This document shows positions 50,155 to 55,954 of a DNA stretch of 55,954 nucleotides, one piece after another. Both the position numbers and the translations under genes were made by a program. Where the stretch lies: sequence record DRR378314_1208, one strand, 5' to 3'. Under the pieces are notes generated by a model. It saw only the letters and a list, made by a program, of their open reading frames with translations. It had not been told where the DNA came from and made no database searches. Positions within the stretch are counted from its first letter, which is position 1; every line of letters starts with the position of its first letter.

Positions 50155-51504
50155 ATGAAAGCCATTGTAGCCAAAGCGCTCAAGAACCGGATGCTCAAAA
50201 AGTTTGCAGGTGAAGCTGGCCTTATCCTTATGCTGCGAGTGTTCGCAGCCGGGATGAACTATGTCGGAGTGATCTGCCTTGCCCGCTGGTTGTCTTTAAG
50301 CGACTTTGGAATCTACGGTTCGATCATGAGCGCGGTAGGGTTCGGGGCTGTAGCAGTACAATTTGGATCGACGCTTACAGCCATTCGATATTTGGGAGAA
50401 TACCAGGTTCATCAAGAACAAGGGAAAGCACGCGGCATCATTCGGTACTCGGAGCGCGGTGTTCTTCTCATCGCATTGGTTACATCTACCGTGCTTGGAG
50501 GTGCCTGTGCGACTACCGCATGGTTGGGCTATTTTCCCAACGGATACGTATGGTTATTGGGATTGGCGGTGCTGCCCGCATTTGCGCTGACGGATGTACA
50601 AAGCGCAGTTATGCGAAGCTTCGACCAGATCCTCCCGGCTTTGCTTCCGAAGGATGTCATATGGCGAAGTTGCATTCCACTTTTTGCATTCATGCTCTTT
50701 GTGTACTGCCCAGCGCACCTGAGGCTTCCCATCCTGCTCGTGCTGTCGGCTCTTTCACTCTCGGTGTTCGCTCTTTGGCAACACTGGCATCTGCACTCTA
50801 CACTCCCTGGCGCGATCAAATCGGCAACTCCTGACTACGACCAAAAATCCTGGTGGAGCACCAGCATTCCGATCTGGTTGTTGTTGATGTCTCGAATTTC
50901 GTTCAGAACACTTGACGTCGTTATCGTAGCACTCCTTCTGAACCCCGCCGCCGCTGGCATATACTTCGCCGCGTCTCGAACATCAGAACTCCTCGGCTTT
51001 GTACTTTCCTCTCTAAATCTGATCGTCGGTCCGAATATCTCAAAGCTGTATGCAGCAGACAAGAAAGCTGAACTCACACAGTATCTGGCAGTTTCATCGG
51101 TCGTAATTTTCACGCCTGCGCTCGTCATGTTCGCCGCCTGCGCACTGTTCCCTGAGCTTATTCTCTCAATATTTGGAAGCCAGTTCGAAGACGGTAAATG
51201 GGTTCTGATCGTCATGGCGTTTGGGCAGCTATTCAACGCCGCGACTGGAAGTGTCGGCGTTATGCTCAACATGACAGGACATGAAAAGATCAATGCAAGG
51301 ATCATGATCACGACTGCGCCGTTTACAGCTGCGGCCATGTTTCTGTTTGCGTGGCAATTCGGAATGATTGGCGCAGCTATCGCAGCGGCGGGCGGTATCG
51401 TTACGTGGAACGTGCTGTTGTGGCGAGCTGCTCGAAAACACACCGAATACGATCCCTCAATCTGGGGCACAATTGTTTTTGCCAAACGAGGATTCAAATC
51501 ATGA
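50155..51504 (+). CDS. Wzx-type flippase
   Basis: Multi-TM; LARWLS..DFGIY; LDVVIV...AAGIYFAASR; NAATGSVG.MLNMTGHE; FGMIGAAIA. Confidence 0.9.
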   Translation: MKAIVAKALKNRMLKKFAGEAGLILMLRVFAAGMNYVGVICLARWLSLSDFGIYGSIMSAVGFGAVAVQFGSTLTAIRYLGEYQVHQEQGKARGIIRYSERGVLLIALVTSTVLGGACATTAWLGYFPNGYVWLLGLAVLPAFALTDVQSAVMRSFDQILPALLPKDVIWRSCIPLFAFMLFVYCPAHLRLPILLVLSALSLSVFALWQHWHLHSTLPGAIKSATPDYDQKSWWSTSIPIWLLLMSRISFRTLDVVIVALLLNPAAAGIYFAASRTSELLGFVLSSLNLIVGPNISKLYAADKKAELTQYLAVSSVVIFTPALVMFAACALFPELILSIFGSQFEDGKWVLIVMAFGQLFNAATGSVGVMLNMTGHEKINARIMITTAPFTAAAMFLFAWQFGMIGAAIAAAGGIVTWNVLLWRAARKHTEYDPSIWGTIVFAKRGFKS

Positions 51505-52355
51505 AGCGCATTTTTCTAGTTGGCTCCCCTCGATCCGGGACAACACTTTTACAAAGCATGATCGGGTGCTCTCCAGACATCGTAACCTTCAAGGAAAGTC
51601 ACCTCTTTTCCAGAAGCTTTTCAGTCCGTCACACTGCGCTGCCTGCACATCGCTCTCCACTCGGAGAAGTTACACGCTTCTTTGAAGAAAACGAGATCGG
51701 AATCAACTGTCTCCCACCAGACCTTTCTGCTTCCGAACGACTAAGCCGTGAGGCCGTTGCTGCGTACTTTCTTGAGGCTCTAGACAACGCCGGAAGTTCG
51801 AGTGGAAAGTGTGCCTGGCTGGAGAAAACACCACGTCATCTGCTTTATACTGATCTGATCGAGAAAGCGGCCGCCCGTGAAGGAAAGGATGTACACTTCA
51901 TTCATCTCATAAGAGACGGTGTATCCGTGGCAGCTTCCATGTCCAATGCCTCTCAGCTATGGCAAAAGAAACACGATGCTGAAGCAGCGCTTAAGCGGTG
52001 GCAGAAAGAAATCGCAATTACTCGCAGCAAGTGCGGAAACCAGAACCACACGGTTGCTGTGTACGAAGACCTTCTGCATGAACCCACCACAACGATGACG
52101 AAACTTGCGAAAAGGCTAGGCCTTCGCCTGAGCCGCGAGGATCTCGCCCGTAGAAACGAAGTACTTGAAAGCATCGTTCGAGCTGATGAATCCTGGAAGC
52201 TCGATACGGCAGGCCAGCGCGTCAAACCGCTCGATAGAACGTCAAAACACATTTCCGACGAGCAACGCGAACAGCTGCAGTCAGTCATAGACTACACTGA
52301 TTACCACTACCTTTTGGAAGTTGCTCACTCCGCCATGGACGAGGTGATGGCGTGA
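51501..52355 (+). CDS. Sulfotransferase
   Basis: 5'-PSB IFLVGSPRSGTTLL; WLEKTPRH; 3'-PB HLIRDG..VA.S; YEDL..EP; ATGA overlap with wzx. Confidence 0.92.
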   Translation: MKRIFLVGSPRSGTTLLQSMIGCSPDIVTFKESHLFSRSFSVRHTALPAHRSPLGEVTRFFEENEIGINCLPPDLSASERLSREAVAAYFLEALDNAGSSSGKCAWLEKTPRHLLYTDLIEKAAAREGKDVHFIHLIRDGVSVAASMSNASQLWQKKHDAEAALKRWQKEIAITRSKCGNQNHTVAVYEDLLHEPTTTMTKLAKRLGLRLSREDLARRNEVLESIVRADESWKLDTAGQRVKPLDRTSKHISDEQREQLQSVIDYTDYHYLLEVAHSAMDEVMA

Positions 52356-53341
52356 GCGATTCTCGACCAAATACTCAAGAGCAGTCGATCATGATGATAG
52401 CATGGCGTTCCGAATGCTATCGTTCGAATACGACAGCTGATCTATTCGGTGCAGACCTCAAGTTGATCTGGCCTGAAGTCGGCAACGGTCCGGTTGGAAA
52501 AGCGGTTCGATATGCTCTGTCTTTCTGGCTGACATTCTGGCTGGTTCTATTGAAACGCCCGAAATTCGCTATTGTCATGAACTTGCCCGCATTTGCACCA
52601 ATGGCAGCGCAACTGGCAGCCCTTGTGAGCGGCACCGATATCATTCTTGACTTTCATTCCGGCGGAATCACAAGCAAGTTCTGGAGCAGGTTCACCCCTC
52701 TGTTCCGCTTTATTGCCAAGCGTGCTCCCTTCGTTATCTGCCATAACCGGGTCGACGGGGCGGTTATAGAGAAGTGGGGCGGAAAGCCATTCTATCTCAC
52801 AGCGTTGCCAAGCAATTTCGATGGAACGGAGTATTTAGCCGCTCCGGGAAATCCATCCGTGTTGGTTATTTGTTCGTTTAAAGATGACGAGCCCATAGAT
52901 GTTCTACTAGGTGCCATGAAGAGCAATCCAGACGTTTTGTTCCAGGTGACCGGAAACTACAGGAAAGCAGGGCTTTCCTCTGCTGACATGCCACAAAATG
53001 TTGAGCTCTTAGGATTCGTACCATACGGCGACTACATTCAGAGAATGTGCGCCAGTTCTGCTATCATCACTGTTTCTGATCGGGACTACATCATGCAGGC
53101 GGCGGTGCATGAGGCTCTGAGCTTGGGTGTGCCCGTTATTACCAATAGATCGCAAACTATTGAAAGCGTTCTGGAAGACGCCGGGACCTACGCTGAAGTA
53201 GATATCGATAGCCTTGCCATCGCCGTCTCCACAGCCGTTTCGAATTCACAAAAACTGCGTGAACGCACCATTGCCCGAAAAGAATTCCTACGAAACGAAC
53301 TTGCGCAAAACATGAAACAAGCTCTGTCCCTGCAGAGCTGA
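52352..53341 (+). CDS. Glycosyltransferase (GT-B fold)
   Basis: LDFHSG; ICSFKDDEPID; NVELLGFV; HEALSLGVPVIT. Confidence 0.85.
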   Translation: MSDSRPNTQEQSIMMIAWRSECYRSNTTADLFGADLKLIWPEVGNGPVGKAVRYALSFWLTFWLVLLKRPKFAIVMNLPAFAPMAAQLAALVSGTDIILDFHSGGITSKFWSRFTPLFRFIAKRAPFVICHNRVDGAVIEKWGGKPFYLTALPSNFDGTEYLAAPGNPSVLVICSFKDDEPIDVLLGAMKSNPDVLFQVTGNYRKAGLSSADMPQNVELLGFVPYGDYIQRMCASSAIITVSDRDYIMQAAVHEALSLGVPVITNRSQTIESVLEDAGTYAEVDIDSLAIAVSTAVSNSQKLRERTIARKEFLRNELAQNMKQALSLQS

Positions 53342-53412
53342 TCCAAAAACCAAAGTATTCGTCGAACTAGGGCGGCAACCTATTTGGCAAGCCGCTGAGA
53401 CCAGATGCGCGG

Positions 53413-53428
53413 GTCCCTAAACGGCCCC
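53413..53428. promoter_or_regulatory. Candidate TF site upstream of the manC fusion
   Basis: GTCCCTAAACGGCCCC shares the 10-mer CCCTAAACGG with the 35706 site. Confidence 0.3.
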
Positions 53429-53569
53429 GAACCCTTCTTTGCGCGCAATCGCCATCGGCAACCGACACCCAAAAGTACTCCTCCCATGAGCGCTACGGCC
53501 CAGTCGCACTGGACGGTCGCGCCCTTTCGTCTCGCCACATCCATCCACTTTGTCTCAGGCAGGAAAACG

Positions 53570-55744
53570 ATGCTTACCAACACACACACCGTCCGCCCTT
53601 TCATCCTTTGTGGTGGCTCCGGAACACGGCTCTGGCCGCTCTCCACACGCGAAATGCCGAAGCAATTCCATGTACTGTCTGGTCGACACGCCATGATCTC
53701 GGAAACGGCAAGACGACTACCGAATAACATTAGTGGCACCCCGGTGGCGCCCGTCGTGGCCATTGCCGGAGCTCAATGGAGATCTCTGCTACGCCAACAC
53801 CTTCAAGGCGCTGGTTTCCTACTGGAGCCCTTCGGGCGAAACTCTGCCCCCGCTGTTGCCGCGGCGGCTCTATCAGCTGATAGCGACGACCTAGTACTCA
53901 TTCTGCCCGCTGATCATCATATCGGCGATGTTCCTGCGTTCCATGAAGCTCTTTCCCGCGCCGTCGAAGCCGCAACAACCGGCGCACTCGTCACATTCGG
54001 ACTACACCCCGAATATGCCGCGACCGGATATGGATACATTGAGCTGAACTCGACTGCTGACGCCGAACTTCCCGCTGCTCCAGTGTCCCGCTTCGTCGAA
54101 AAGCCGGACGAGCCGACGGCGAAAGCATTCCTGGATGGCGGGCGCCACCTCTGGAACGCCGGGATATTTCTCTTCAAGGCCAGCTCCATGATCGAAGCTC
54201 TGGAGATCCACGCGCCAGATATCCTGAACAGTGTACAAAATTCCCTTCCCACAACGGGCCCTCTTTCCATTGGGGAAGAACGCCTGTTCCAGCGCAAATC
54301 CTTTTCCGAAGCACCTTCCATAAGCATCGACTATGCCATCATGGAAAAGGCAGACAACGTCATGGTCGTACCGGTTGCCATGGACTGGACAGACTTGGGA
54401 GATTTCCGGGCGCTCCATGCCATTCGCGCCCCTTCAGGAGAAAGCCTCCTCAGTGGACCAACTGCAGAGACCGGTAGCCGGGGAAATCTGGTTTACTCCA
54501 CCGGGCCTCGCGTCGCCGTCCACGATCTTGAAGGCATCGTTGTCGCCGCATCACCCTCAGGTGTTCTGGTCAGCCGACTGGACAGCGCCGCAGGCATTCG
54601 CGGCGCGGTTGAGGCCGCCAGCCGAACGACAGCGCCAAATTTCAACCCAGACCTAACCGCCCGCGCCAGAGCATTCATTCGAGACGCGATGTTGCCGTGT
54701 TGGGGCGAGTATGGGTGGGATGAAAAGAATGGGGGATTTGTAGAAGCGCTTGCTGGTGACCTTTGCCCACAAACGGCAAAGCCCAGACGCGGCAGAGTCG
54801 CGCCGAGGCAAGTCTTCACGTTCTCTACGGCCTTGAAAATTGGGTGGGACAAGGATGGCATTGCAAGCCGCCTCGTCGATCAGGGCTTGAAGTTCATTGA
54901 TGGTCCCGCCCGGTCTCCAGAAGGTGGATGGTCGCACGTCCTTGCGCCGGACCAGACACCACTTGATACCCGCCGGGACCTGTATGATCACGCCTTTGTC
55001 GCGCTGGGCACCTCTCGTGCCTTCGATGCAACGGGGGACGACACAGCCGAAAGACTTGCGGTCGAAGCTTTTGAATTCATAGATACATATTTGCGGGACG
55101 ATGGCCCCGGCTATACAAGCCCAGAGACCGCCGACGGCAAGAAATTGGCAAACCCGCACATGCATCTCCTGGAGGCCAGCCTTGTTTGGTATGAGGCCAG
55201 TGGAGACCCAATTGCTCGAGATCGGATCGATCTACTGTGCGGGCTGTTCGAATCCCATATGTTCGACAATAGAACCGGCGCACTGGATGAAGTGTTCGAA
55301 CAGGATTGGTCGATTGACCGCGCGGGAGAATGCGCTCCCATAGAACCGGGCCACTGCTATGAGTGGGCTTGGCTACTGTCGGAAGTGCAACGGCTGACAG
55401 GGCGTGACACAGCAAGCTGGGCGCGCCGACTTATTCTGTTTGCTGACCGGTTCGGACGGGACGAACAAGGATTCTCCTTTGACGGGGTGAGCCGTTCGGG
55501 GGATCCTGTTCTGCCAACCAAACGACTTTGGCCGCAGCTGGAACGGTTCCGTGCGAGACTTCGCTTCCCTGAAACGGCCGCTCCCGGAGAAGCCGATCGC
55601 GAGCTGGAGCGCCTGTTCGCACTATATCTGATTGAGGGCACACCCAGCTGGTACGACCGTCTGGAGCCGGATTATGCCCCTTCTGGCACCTTGCTGCCGG
55701 CTAGTATGCCTTACCACTTCATGACAGCGCTCGGCGCGCTTTAA
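53570..55744 (+). CDS. Mannose-1-phosphate guanylyltransferase fused to an AGE-family epimerase/isomerase domain
   Basis: N-half ILCGGSGTRLWPLS...PKQF, LEP.GRNSAPA, PADH, FVEKP, WNAGIF, ISIDYAIME; C-half RQVFTF, DLYDHAF, NPHMHLLEA, EPGH.YEWAWLL, RLWPQLE, PYH. AGGA RBS. Confidence 0.9.
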   Translation: MLTNTHTVRPFILCGGSGTRLWPLSTREMPKQFHVLSGRHAMISETARRLPNNISGTPVAPVVAIAGAQWRSLLRQHLQGAGFLLEPFGRNSAPAVAAAALSADSDDLVLILPADHHIGDVPAFHEALSRAVEAATTGALVTFGLHPEYAATGYGYIELNSTADAELPAAPVSRFVEKPDEPTAKAFLDGGRHLWNAGIFLFKASSMIEALEIHAPDILNSVQNSLPTTGPLSIGEERLFQRKSFSEAPSISIDYAIMEKADNVMVVPVAMDWTDLGDFRALHAIRAPSGESLLSGPTAETGSRGNLVYSTGPRVAVHDLEGIVVAASPSGVLVSRLDSAAGIRGAVEAASRTTAPNFNPDLTARARAFIRDAMLPCWGEYGWDEKNGGFVEALAGDLCPQTAKPRRGRVAPRQVFTFSTALKIGWDKDGIASRLVDQGLKFIDGPARSPEGGWSHVLAPDQTPLDTRRDLYDHAFVALGTSRAFDATGDDTAERLAVEAFEFIDTYLRDDGPGYTSPETADGKKLANPHMHLLEASLVWYEASGDPIARDRIDLLCGLFESHMFDNRTGALDEVFEQDWSIDRAGECAPIEPGHCYEWAWLLSEVQRLTGRDTASWARRLILFADRFGRDEQGFSFDGVSRSGDPVLPTKRLWPQLERFRARLRFPETAAPGEADRELERLFALYLIEGTPSWYDRLEPDYAPSGTLLPASMPYHFMTALGAL

Positions 55745-55867
55745 GACAAAGACTTCCACTCAAAATCTCTTACTATCGATAGCGGCACGACGGGCTTGCT
55801 TTGCTCGTTGATACTCACCTGCTCTGCTAGTCAGCAGGCGCTATCTTCTCTTTCAGGAGCTCAACAC

Positions 55868-55954
55868 ATGAATGCCTCTAAGCCCCCAGATCGCACTGAC
55901 ATCGGCACCCACCTCGACAGGCTTGAGGCTGAAAGTCTTCATATCATACGAGAA
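55868..55954 (+). CDS. cysD: Sulfate adenylyltransferase subunit 2 (5' part; runs off window end)
   Basis: Not in the ORF track. AGGAG RBS, then MNASKPPDRTDIGTHLDRLEAESLHIIRE, matching the CysD/NodP N-terminal THLxxLEAESIHIIRE motif. Confidence 0.85.
   Translation, partial: MNASKPPDRTDIGTHLDRLEAESLHIIRE

Noticed and set aside
40937..53341. Holdfast (hfs) or alginate biosynthesis locus
   Set aside because: It lacks an HfsH-type deacetylase, hfsDAB export genes and an Alg8/Alg44 synthase.
1..55954. CRISPR arrays, tRNA/rRNA genes, IS elements, integrases, prophage genes
   Set aside because: No regularly spaced repeats, structural RNA signatures or mobility proteins were recognised by eye; small RNAs could have been missed.

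Overview
Chromosomal window from an alphaproteobacterium; gene content and protein style suggest Hyphomonas/Hyphomonadaceae (inference). The left ~33 kb is mostly core-type genes: partial purD, xseA, a TonB receptor plus glycerophosphodiesterase, DUF3126, cysE, a TetR-MFP-RND pump, nitroreductase, queF, a Ca/Na antiporter and tamAB. Two accessory-looking blocks interrupt it. One holds an orphan TadG/vWA gene and two convergent PAS-HWE kinases. The other is a five-gene envelope block between cysE and DUF3126: an OmpA protein, a membrane-anchored tandem-repeat protein with an HhH-like tail, and a coupled trio of exported caspase-FGE protein, 2-TM protein and TM-coiled-coil-TPR-like protein. From ~32.8 kb the DNA looks more AT-rich by eye and encodes a polysaccharide island. 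Its regulatory head has XRE, LysR, a NarL/LuxR response regulator, a sensor-less histidine kinase, an RfaH-like NusG paralog, a small exported protein ending in TM-DDDGDPISP, a PPP-type phosphatase and an orphan. A Wzx/Wzy operon follows: WbaP-like transferase, two acyltransferases, AlgD-like dehydrogenase, two GTs, a beta-propeller, Wzy, Wzx, sulfotransferase, a ManC-AGE fusion and the start of cysD. It predicts a sulfated, acylated, uronate-containing glycan. A degenerate TACCCC-N4-GGGGTA-like motif recurs in the island's intergenic regions. No rRNA, tRNA, CRISPR, transposase or integrase was recognised. All calls come from reading motifs; no searches were run.
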